NCBI GenBank assembly: GCA_001949185.1
Contig: BDGG01000003.1
Location: 5,143,092 to 5,207,091, forward strand
Length of the DNA stretch: 64,000 nucleotides
Direction: 5' to 3'
From: Ramazzottius varieornatus
Taxonomy: Eukaryota > Animalia > Tardigrada
Shown: piece after piece, positions 13,570 to 24,574 of the stretch
Numbering within the stretch: the first letter of the stretch is position 1
Layout of the letters: each line of letters begins with the position of its first letter
Position numbers and translations under genes: made by a program
Notes under the pieces: model-generated
What the model saw: the letters and a program-made list of their open reading frames with translations, nothing else
Databases searched by the model: none
Told to the model about the DNA's origin: nothing

Positions 13570-14450
13570 GAGAGGACATCCGGAAAAATCGTTTGAGAAT
13601 GAATCAATGCTTCGTTTTCGTTATCGATGTCGGGATCAAGCGCGCGCCGGACAGTACTCTCGGCCCCAATGGGAGAGCATTCTTTCTGGGCGACAAGGTA
13701 AAAAGGGCGTCTGGGGGACGAAAAAAGGTGACACCCCTAGCTGGGGGACGAGATTTTGGGGAGACTTCCGTGGCCACATACTTTGGGAGACGAGATTTAA
13801 GCCTTTGAGGTGCCCGGCTCGCGATTGGTCGGGATGTCGTCTTCGGTCGTGACGAGCCGAATAAACTAAGTTGAGGTTTCGTCCAGTACTGTATAAAAAG
13901 AAGCAACGTTGAAGTTCAGCTTCCCTTTCGAATTCAGTTATGCTTGTCGTATACGTAACGGGCCAGCCCATTCTGACTGACTACGTGGTCGAACTCCCAT
14001 CCTTCCATCATCATCCGTTCGGCCATAGAGTGGTAAGGACTGAGAGTAAATGCAGCGGTACAGGCCACTTCTCCGCCACACTGGCATCGGAACTTTCCTT
14101 CTGCATCGTAAAATGCTCGTTGGTCTCCCGGGAAAAATATTTACCGTGGAGAAGCTGGAAGTCGTTGTGCTTTGCCGGATGAAGCACGTCGTTAATCAAG
14201 GGTTCGATGACGCTCTTGAAAATGGCCGGATCAATGCAGGCAGGACGGCGGGACCTCTGGTTTTCTACTGGGGGCTTGTTCCAGTCCCTCAGTGTTCTTG
14301 CGAATCCGTTGGGGTAATTTTTGATGCGGTTGACGGCATATTCTTCGAAAAAGTGGAACACAAATTCTCCATGTAAACACAAATTCAGGAAAGCCAGCGA
14401 ACTGCGATGAAAAGCGGTCCTTTTTGTTATATGCAAGAAACATTTCTGCG
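13570..14450 (-). pseudogene. Second CAD/DFF40-like nuclease domain, frameshifted and MITE-interrupted
   Basis: Pieces in shifting frames: FFEEYAVNRIKNY...LHGKYFSRE / AFYDAEGKFRCQCGGEVACTAAFTLSPY...GWEFDHVVSQNGLARYVY / TGRNLNLVYSARHDRRRHPD. Clearly paralogous to 11262-11885. Confidence 0.75.
13637..13827. mobile_element. hAT-type MITE (191 bp) with a perfect 8-bp TSD GTCGGGAT
   Basis: TSD at 13629-13636 and 13828-13835. Imperfect TIRs caagcgcgcgccggaca / tgcccggctcgcgattg, with internal ggggacgagattt repeats. Confidence 0.88.
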
Positions 14451-15715
14451 CTACTTGCCTTCGTCTTTGTCGTCGCCTAGCCGTACTTTGTGGGAAGGTT
14501 CAGGAACCATTCAGGGTGGACTTGTAGGTCATCGGCTTGAATCCTTTGCACTAGAAAGTGAAAAGAAGATATTGATCCTTGAGACATTACGTGGGAACCA
14601 GGAAGAACAGTTCCTCAACATAACAGTCGACCTTACTTCTCCTCATAAATATTTCCACCAGCTGAACTGGGATTCCGGGACAAGTACCATGCCGCAAGGC
14701 GTGACGAAGATATTCATTCCTGGGAATTCCGCAGTAGGCGCAGCTCGAGATCAGATACGTCAGGAAAAAGTCCAGAATTTCCGCCAGCCTCTGTAAAGCA
14801 AGTCATGCATATCGGTAAAAGATGCTCCCATCTTCCCTTTCCCACCTTCGTGGATCAACGGATTCGGCCGCTCGGACAATCCTTCTGCAACGGTGAGGAA
14901 GGAATTTAGGAAAGGTGGAGAGCAACCAGGTGGAGAACGTCGATTTGGCAGAAGCCAAGCATGGACAGACGAGTATGCCCAAATCAAGCAAGATTGATTG
15001 CACTAGGCTGCACGAGTACGTACACTGAAGCAATAGCGAAACGGAGTGGCCATTTTGCCCACCCTGGAAAAGACAGTACGAGGCTACTTTGCCCCTTCCC
15101 AGCAAAATGACAGTTGGCTATTATGCCTCCTTTTTCAGTCCGAATAGCTGGCGTCTATTTTTTTGCCCCCCCCCATTGCGGTTAACCTTCAACTTCGGTG
15201 CACACCCCAAAACTATCAGGTGGAAAAGTATGACTTGTCGGCTAGTTTCGGGCACCGACTTCGGAAATCTTTTACTTCCGTTTGGCCCTAACTTTTGCTC
15301 CCGCACTTTTTGCAAATTGATCTGCCATCCCCCGGCTTATAGATTTACTCCGGACCATCCAAACACGTACTTGAGTTGTAATGATGGTTTTCTCGGCGTG
15401 TCAGACTGCACAGATCTTTCATCGGATCACCTTTGAAACGACAGATTCGCCAGCTGATTCTTGAGTCTCGAATTTTTCGACTTGTCCTGTCGAATCTTCC
15501 ATCCCTCGAAACAACCTACTGACAGTCGCTAGCTATGCATACAATCTACAAAATGTGGTCCTTCCCATCACGTGGTCTTATAGAATTAGCCAGCCGTAAC
15601 CGATACCACGTGATCACCAGAAAGGATACACTTTGTACACTGTAATATGCCGCATGTGCAGCAAAACTGTAATATTTTCGAGGAGAACATAGCGGACTTG
15701 TCAATGTAAAACCGC

Positions 15716-16025
15716 ATGGCGAAGTTGTCAGCTTTTAGGCCGCGCGGCGGCGGCGACACATTCTATTGCTTTACCTACCATGACCTAATGAAACGTGGCA
15801 CGCACGCCCCTGGCGGCTCGCTGAAAAATTTTCCCACAGGCTTTTTAACATTAGGGAAACCTCTTTTCCTGTTTAACACGACAAGAGACTTTCAGAATTC
15901 TCCTTAGCTTCTGGACCAGTACGGTTGGATTTCACAAGGTCTATTCTAGCTAAACAACCGAGCAGCAACCAAACCGACCCAGTACTTCATCAGATCGGAC
16001 GATGACAAGTTGGCCATGCGATGTT
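15716..16025 (+). repeat. Dispersed repeat; second diverged copy at ~37640-37940
   Basis: Both copies share 'gcgaagtt.tcagcttttaggccgc.cgg.ggcgacac', 'ttcccacag.cttt' and 'ggaccagt.cggttg.at.tcacaaggt' in the same order. Confidence 0.8.
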
Positions 16026-16603
16026 GCATTGGCAAGTCCGCTGTGTTCACCTCATACTGAACTCAAATACGGTCAACAGCTTCGCGATACGTTCGCCACT
16101 GAGAAGCTTGGCTACAGACTTTTATGTTCAAGTTTGTGATACCTAGATTCATACACGCAACGTCGCACGGATCGCGCTTCGTGCAAATCTGACGACCCTA
16201 CGGCGGCGTTCGCAAGAACTCTAGACTCTTTTCGGCAAGCCAGCGTTATTCTTCGTTCCGCAGGGTTTTTCCCCAGATGGTGTCCGTCGGTCCAAAACAG
16301 ACGACTGGTGTCAGCGAGATTTCGGCATACTTAGGACGCATATTGGACCATAAACCAATGTTACTTTTTCAACAGACGATATTTGCTGTATTGTTTGTAA
16401 TTGAGCCAGCGAACAATCAAGAGTGTTGACCATGGTCGTAGCATATGAGAAACTATTGGGTTCGACTGATGTAATGCTCGCGATCGCGCTCTTTTGCACT
16501 TGGCGGAAGAAAGCCGAACGGATCTTTCCACTGCAGTTTTTGACATTAGCACTTCCACCATCAGCTGCTTTCGGTTAGGCTAATACAATTCAACAGCTAG
16601 AGC

Positions 16604-19600
16604 ATGGCTCGCCGCAACCGAAAGATCCTGGGAAGTACCAGATTGTTTGGCATGTTGTACGGATTACTTTGCCTGTATCCGGTTTTCTTTCCGGTATCCG
16701 CCCAAAAGACGGAGATTCCGTATGGTGGAACCGTATTACCGCTAAACGGGAGTACCACCACGGTGTCTACACTCGGAAACTCTACACAGGCATTGGTGTG
16801 CTCAACCGATGCGTGCGTTTCTTTGGGTAATTTTATGGTTGTGGTGAATTAGAGTACACCGTTATGGACAGCATCCGTGCTGCGACAGAGATATTCCGAA
16901 ATTTTCAGCGAACCAGTTCTTGTCATCAGTAAACTTCTCGGTGGATCCATGTGACGATTTCTACGCCTTCTCTTGCGACAACTATATTGCCGCTCGACCC
17001 CTCAATGGAGCACCAGGGATCTCCGTTGGGCTGGAGGTGACTCGTCGAGTAGGGAGCAATATCAAAGGTAACACCTTTACGAGAACGGGTTGCTTTTCTG
17101 CCTTCCTGTACATAAGAATGGTCTACTTTACAGAGATGCTGCAGCTGACACCTGAGGACTATTACGTGTATGATCAGACAGACGCAGAAGTAAAAGCAAA
17201 ACGCGCTTATAACCAGTGCGTCGACAATCGTGAGTGTCACTCAGTGCAAAATGGGTGCGGTTCCGTGCGAAAACACAGAATCACAGCCCGTTCAAGCAAA
17301 CTTGTCACGATCCTTTCAAAAAATCGATTCTCTCCTGTTAACGATTTCTGGGAGTTGTTTCTAATTTGATCTAGTATCTGATCTAGTACGTACTGCACGC
17401 GCTAGGGCTTGAGTGAAATCAGGCACGCTGGATTTTACAGACTTGAATTTCAGAAAAAGAGTTGATGCTTGGTCGGATGACGTCCCTCACCCAATACACC
17501 CTTACTGTCTCTTCTCGGCAGCCAACGCTAGTTTCAAAGAATTTGTTTCCGTTTGATTCTAGCAGCTTATCGACAGGGCTTTCACCCGTGACCTAAAAGA
17601 TAGGCCCGAAAGTCTCACCGTCAATTTTCCAACAACATTAAAAAGCTAGTGGTGACAACTTTGCTCGAACGGGCTGTACTTACATTGCCGCCACTTTCAG
17701 GCCTTTTCGGTTCGTTCAACGCCAAAGCATTGCTGACATTCATGAATGCAGTTTTGCCGGGGGGATGGCCAATAATAACTCCCAACTGGGACCCTTCGCA
17801 ATTTGATCTTTTCACTGTGCTCCTCGACGCGGCTGTTTATGGCGTTCAACCGTTCTTCATCACGGAAGTCATCCCTGATTTAACTGCTCCTACGCAAAAT
17901 CTCCTCGCTTTTGCCCAACCCACAACTTTTGCTTCGAAGGACACGCTGAACAGTGAGGACGGAGCGGACACTGCCTCGTCTTATCTACAGCAGATTGTGG
18001 AGACCACGCAACTTATTCTTAACAATACGGAAGGATCTCGTCCAGTATCCTCCATTCTAAACGACGCTATCGACATCGTCGACCTCGAAATAAACATCAC
18101 GCTGGTAAGCCAGGCTGCCCCTTGTTTTAAGAAGACAATGTCAGAAACACTCCCCAGTCGGCATCAATCTTTATTCTTCTATCGCACGCAGACTGATGCA
18201 ATGAGTATTACTGTGGCGACACGTATATTTCAAATTCTATGTCAGGCGGGGTAATATTTCTGACATCGCAGAAAGGAGGCCAGCAAGCCAAAAACGCATA
18301 ACCGTTGTCTGACGTGGCGCAAGTTCTCGTTACTATTGGCTAGAGCGTGCGCCACCCCCCAAAACGACCTCAAATAAGGTTTTGCCTTCAGTGGCGCACG
18401 CAGTCAGTGCTATTGCCTGATAGCATGCGTCACTCAAGAGGACGGTCATGTGAGTTTCGTTTGCCATTGGCCTTCCGGGTTTTAGCTCCAGCGTTCAGTA
18501 CGAACATCCTCCAAAAGCCGGAATTCCAGGTCGGGCTTAACACAGTACAGGAGGGAGACATTACGCTTTATACAAACAAAACCACGTTTGGCTTCTTTCA
18601 AGACGCGGCGCTGAGACGATCCAGCTTGTTTCGGCGATTCATCGACTTCCACAGAGGCTTCCTCGCCACCGCCAGTGTCAGTACCCCAATCGATCGAAGC
18701 ACCATTGTGGTTCCGGTGACGTTCGAGGTCTTTGCTAGCTTGGATGAGATCGTGGCATCCTTGGAAGTAATGGGGAGCGAAGGCAAACGCCAGCTGGCAA
18801 ACTACATTGGATGGCAATTGATTAACGCTAACTTCCCATTTCTGTCGAAAGACGTTCAGGAGATTCGCGAGAAACATCTGCGACGAATTAAAGTCATGAA
18901 CGAAGATACTCCTCCAGTGGCAAACCAGACGGAGACCACCTGCATCAGAACACTGCAGGCAGCTTTGCCTCTGGCATTGGAACTGCTTTATGTCAAGAAA
19001 TATGTACCCTCGGACCTTCAGCCCAAAGTACGGTGTATTCTCTCTCGTTGTCAATTGCTCTTCGAAGTCATCGATGATCCCATAGTTTTGAGAATTATTG
19101 CTTCAGGTTGCGATGCTGATTAGTGACACCGAGATGGGTTTCGCCGAGTTGCTGCGACAAGCTTCCTGGATGACCAGCGCAACCAAAGATCTGGCCTTAC
19201 AAAAGCTTGACAACATGCTGAACTTTGTGGCTTTCTCGAACGAGGTTGTGAACAACAAACCGGCGGTAAACGCAGAATACAGCCAGGTAAGTCGAGGCAA
19301 ACTCATGCACGAAAAGGCTATGCTCTTTCTCAGTGGATGTCGAACATCGGCAGCGAGCTCAGAGAACAAGCTCGACAAGATTCCTTTCCCGAGTAGCCTG
19401 CACCATTCGGGTAAACAATTATGTCGAGTGCCTTCGCCTGGGTCCCAGTACTAGTACTCCTGTACTTGACGTTGCTTTTTACCGGTACAACACTCCGTTG
19501 CAGGTTAGGATTGAAGCCACGTTCTTCAACACGATACAAACCGTTAAGAGATATTTGGTGAACAAAAATTTAAAACGATTGGACATGGTCAACGTCAGAT

Positions 19601-20728
19601 CGGATCCCTTTCGGTTCCCTATGGACATCACGCAGGTCAACGCTTACAATGATTTCGTCCAAAACATAATATGTATGAGTACGGTATATTCACGCGCACA
19701 AATCCATTACTGTCATTCCTTCGATGTATCTAGTTATCCTTTCTGGTATCCTGAACGCACCACTGTACGATCCTCAAGTCCCCCAGTATTTGAACTATGG
19801 AGCCATCGGCGCCATCATAGGCCATGAGATCACTCACGGATTCGACACCACAGGTTGATTTCCAGAAGCTCGCGTACATTATACAGCACTGTAAAGCATC
19901 TTGAACTTCGCGAATTACGCGTCATGGTAAGCGTGTGGTGCGTTTGTCACCATACCCGTAAACTTCACGCATAATGTGACGTCAGTTCGCGAAGTTCAAG
20001 AAGCATTACAGTGTGCATGTCAGGCGCGCTTGCCAACCCGATGTCACCGTGACGTTGCAGCACTGATCAATCGTAGGTCGAGTCATGTGACATCGGGTTG
20101 GCAAGCATACCCGACATTGTAGTAGCTATACGTGCACAGCATAGTGACGACACCGGAATGCAAGTTTTCTTTTCAGGAGCGTTGTTCGATCCGAACCAGA
20201 TTCTCCGTGTGTGGTGGGATAATGCAACGCTCGAAGCATTCATTCAACGAAGCCAGGGGATTGTTCAACAGTATAGCGGATTCTGCACTGCAGGCATAGG
20301 CTGCGTCAACGGTCAGCTGACTGTTGGGGAGAACATCGCCGACAACGGTGGGGTCAAGGCTGCTTACCGGGTAGTTACGAACTTCTTACACTACACTCGT
20401 ATATCTTTCAGCCAAGTGAAGTATGCAGTGGTAATTTCCATAGGCGTATTTTGGGCATTTCCGCGATCGAGTGTCGGGGGTCCCCGAAGCAAGTCTACCT
20501 GGATTCACCGACTTCACGCCGGAACAGATGTTTTTCCTGTCGTACAGCCATGTCTGGTGTGGGATCGACAGACCAGATCAGGCGAGATTCTATTTGCTCA
20601 ACGACCCCCATAGTCCAGGCGAATTTCGTGCGAATGGGCCGCTTTCTAACTTCGACGATTTCGCGAGGGCGTATAACTGTCCTGTTGGCTCCAAAATGAA
20701 TCCACTACAAAAATTCTCAGTCTGGTAG
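16604..20728 (+). CDS. M13 family zinc metallopeptidase (neprilysin/ECE-like), probably secreted
   Basis: Hydrophobic N-terminus with a signal-like end (PVSA-Q), [39 protein letters not shown] (~19815-19846), [45 protein letters not shown]. About 9-10 exons with GT-AG introns. Confidence 0.92.
17284..17677. mobile_element. MITE in a neprilysin intron
   Basis: TIR pair cagcccgttcaagcaaacttgtcac / gtgacaactttgctcgaacgggctg; the right flank is TA. Confidence 0.7.
19887..20013. mobile_element. Small palindromic MITE in a neprilysin intron
   Basis: Inverted arms cactgtaaagcatcttgaacttcgcgaa ... ttcgcgaagttcaagaagcattacagtg. Confidence 0.7.
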
Positions 20729-21969
20729 TTTGCATGCGACGAATCTGCATTACTCATGGCTCAGTAACTGTTACTCAATTTTGAACTTTAGTTTTAGCAC
20801 TGTGAAGACTTTGATGATCTGAATAAATTGATACCGGATAGCGGAGTCAGGAGACCTAACCCTATCAAATATTTTCGTAAATTGTTACGTAACGCTTCCC
20901 ATCTTCGAGGACTCGGCGGTTGCAATGGCAGTCCGAAAAACGAGCGCGCATCTATCCGTTTTGAAGTATGAAGTTCGGCCCGGTACAGGGGTAAAACCTG
21001 CAGCAACGAGAATCAGTGAGCTGCAACATTTTATGGTTTGGACTTTATTATGCATCCTTATAAACGCACGATCCGTACTTTTGTACTGCAAAACTTTTCA
21101 CTGAGATCAGTTTGGCCGTTGTTCAGCTGGACCTAGAACAAGCAGGACGCCACATAAGGACGCTAGCGCCAAAAGCCCGGAAATTACGCGGCGTAAAGAA
21201 TTCAAGTTAACTTCGGTGTCTTTATTCAGAACCTGCGTAACGTACGCAGGTTCTGAACGCTCAGGGCCGGCCGACCCGGCCCTGAGTGTGCCAACCCCCC
21301 GCCCCCTAGGAGAAACATCGAAACTTGGTTTCGCGGTAAACTGGGCCATCTTCCCACAAGGGGAAGAACTAAGGGTCTCGTTGTGACGTGAACAGCACCT
21401 CGAAAAGAAGTAAAAATAGCAAAAATCGTAGAAAATTTAGGAATTCCACGAGATAAACAGTCAAAGATCCAGCAGATCCTGTCAAAAACTGAACCCGATA
21501 CTAGCTCACACATGCGTACCACTAAGAGTAATTGGTCGTTCAGTTGAACGACCAATAGCATTTTCGATCCGTCGCACTGAAGTAGGCGGCGCATTCAACT
21601 GTGCGTAAGTCCTTGATTCTCCCTTGGACTTTCAGGTCCGACAAGACCGAAAGTTCGGATCGGCCAATCTCCAGCTGGCTTTCAGTCTCAAAACCAATAT
21701 TTGTTGATGACTTCAGATCATGTTTACTGTTTTAGATGGGTATATCAAAATAACAAAACTGACAAGTGGGACTTTGGAATTCCAGATTTTTGCGAGGACC
21801 TTCTGGAGAAGGAAATAGGAATATAGGAATACTAAGAATTTCTTTCCTATTTTCCATTCCAGGGGCATTCGGCCTGGAATTTACAACCTTAACTTTTGGT
21901 GACTTCCGGTCATTTCCCGAAGTTTTGAAGTTTTCCCCTAGGGGGGTTGAACGCATAGATTCCCAGGGT

Positions 21970-22146
21970 CCGTTCGGTTCTGAGCAGAGGAGGTAATCCA
22001 GATTTTGGTTCCCTTTTGTTATTATTTTCGACCAATGTGAATAAAAATTCGGTTCCCTCTCGTTCCTGTTTTTCTTCCCATTGGTTGTAAACAGGAACGA
22101 AAGGGAACCGAAACCCGGCTTACCTCCTCTGCTCAGAACCGGACGG
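21970..22146. mobile_element. MITE with ~45-bp TIRs
   Basis: ccgttcggttctgagcagaggaggtaatcc ... ggcttacctcctctgctcagaaccggacgg. Confidence 0.75.
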
Positions 22147-22850
22147 TAATGCTGTAACATGCTGGTCATTGTAGACAGAGCAGAATCAATACTTTTTGGA
22201 TTTCTTCTTAGACTTATTGAGGGAATAGTTCTTTCTAGTTAGACTCTACGCCGAAAGTATTTGCGCCAAATGAGCTTGTATGTATTCTTGCAGGGAATTG
22301 ATTTTCTTGATTCCCGCCTTTGCCGAAGCTGAGTTCTTCTCCCTGAATGCTCAGACCTTGCAAACGTGCTCTAAGATCGGAGTAATGCAGTCAGTACATG
22401 TACAGTAGTATTAAACGAGTTAAACCTGCACACCTGCCTGGCCTANNNNNNNNNNNNNNNNNNNNNNNNNNNNNNNNNNNNNNNNNNNNNNNNNNCATTT
22501 AGGCCAGGCGCGTGTACGTAAAAAAAACACCACATCTGCATATACAAACAGAAACTCCCTTATAAGTCCGCAAAGTTCTTTTGCCTTGAACAGTTTGACG
22601 ATCCCAATGTTCTCTGTTCATACATTATCAAGATATCATCGCGCGTGAGGATCACGTTCCACATGATTTTTCAAGCGTTCACCTTGAGTGCCCGTGCTGT
22701 CTTGGTGAAGCTTATGAAAAATGGAACTGTCCTGAATAGAAAAATGGAACATCTGAATGTCAGAGTCGGCCACTAGCTGCTTAAGCTGAAATTGAGCTCG
22801 ATTGTGGTAACCTCGCCTTGTGTGCTTGATTTGACTTACTCTTGGCTTGC

Positions 22851-22992
22851 AGGAGGCCTCCGAAGCATACTTGACTGAAATGATAGACGATGCCAGTTTG
22901 TGCGCCATCCATGCCAAGCGAGTCACCATCATGGCCAAAGACATCCGGCTGGCATGCCGTGTACGAGCAGAATTATCTGGCTGCTCTTTTTA
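22851..22992 (+). pseudogene. Divergent histone H3 C-terminal exon (variant or pseudogene)
   Basis: [47 protein letters not shown], preceded by a ttgcag acceptor. A degenerate FRPG-containing upstream segment with stops lies at ~22498-22590, next to an assembly gap. Confidence 0.75.
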
Positions 22993-23433
22993 AAAATTGC
23001 TAGCTTCATGTCAGAACTGCTGCCGTGTAACACCCATGCTTCCTAATGGCGGAAACTCTAAACTCGGCTCATTTTCCATTTGTTCTTTCTTCGCATGAAC
23101 TATAAATCAACCTCAGAATCGGATTTCTTAGGATGAGAAATTTCGAAGCACCCTCGCGGAAGAAAAGCAACGACCAGTGGTAACTGCAGTACCATGTTTC
23201 GGGTATCTCAAGTGATATCCATTTGCCAATCACCAGTTCTTCTCGAGAGTGTCTCGTCCCCGTTTGCTGTACCGTGGTGCGTAACTTAATCCCCAGCTCA
23301 GGGTAGAGCGCGAGAAGCACATGCTTGTCGCGCTCCACAAGCACAACTGAGTGAGAGCACTTGACATGCTCTCGTACAGCAAAAGACTGTCTGTCCACCT
23401 GCAGAAACTTATACCGCCGTGATCTTGCCTCTA

Positions 23434-24296
23434 GATATACTAGCTGGTATCCTCAACTCGCCATTCTACGATCCGCAGGTTCCGCAGTATCTGAATTACG
23501 GAACCATCGGTTTTGTCATTGGTGACGAAATCACTCACGGATTCGATACCACGGGTAAATCTTCATAAGCTTACGTGGATCGAAGGCCGGTAAGCAATCC
23601 CGCGATGGTCGTTAATCTGAGTGGCGCAGGTTTCCTGCCAATAACGAAAGAACAATGCGCCACTTGAGATAACGATCTTGCCGAGGGTAGTTGCGGCCTC
23701 TCAGCTTTTGTGTAGTACCAATAAACTGAGTCATGAGGCATTTTTAAGGAGCATTGTTCGATCCGAACCAGATTCTCCGTGTGTGGTGGGACGACGCAAC
23801 GCTCCAAGCATTCACTCGGCGAAGCCAAAGGATTGTCCATCAGTGCAGTGGATTCTGCATCCCGGGCATAGGCTGCGTCAACGGTCAGCTGACTGTTGGA
23901 GAGAACACCGCCGACAATGGTGGAATCAAAGCTGCTTATCGGGTACGTACTTACAGACAACTTTCGCTGTATGTCAGGCCCAGAAAAAGTATAGCAGGAT
24001 GTTTTTCACAGGCATATTTTGAGCACTTCAGTGGTCGAACGTCTGGGGTTCCCGAAGCTAGCCTGCCTGGATTCACCAACTTCACTTCCGAACAGATGTT
24101 TTTCCTCTCGGCTCGACACACTTGGTGTGGAACCGATCGACCAGATCGAGCCAGATTCTTTCTGCTGAACGATCCCTACAGTCCGGGCAAGTTTCGCGTG
24201 AATGGCCCACTGTCAAACTTCGACGAGTTCGCGAAGGCTTACAACTGTCCTGTTAGCTCCAAAATGAACCCAGTACAGAAATTTTCTGTTTGGTAG
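23434..24296 (+). pseudogene. 3'-partial duplicate of the neprilysin gene with lost catalytic residues
   Basis: The last three exons are paralogous to 19733-20728. HEITH becomes DEITH (ggtgacgaaatcactcac), GENIAD becomes GENTAD and DPHSP becomes DPYSP. No upstream exons were found. Confidence 0.85.
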
Positions 24297-24574
24297 CGCA
24301 CAAGAAATGAATTCGATTTGCTCGTTTCAAGACGATCGCTCGACCTTTACACAATGTAAAATAAAGAAAATTGAGCTCAGTTTCCGAATCTAAAAAAGCC
24401 GAACATCTCGGCCTCGTGGCCACTTCACAATACATTTCTTGTGGATTCTTAGAATTGTTTCTATGGGTTGCGAAAGGGAGCTCGAAGACTGCGCGACAAC
24501 TAGCCTGTTCGGCCATTGATCGCCGGTCGAATTAGTTGCGTCACAAGATATCGAGCAATGCTTTCAAATTTTCA

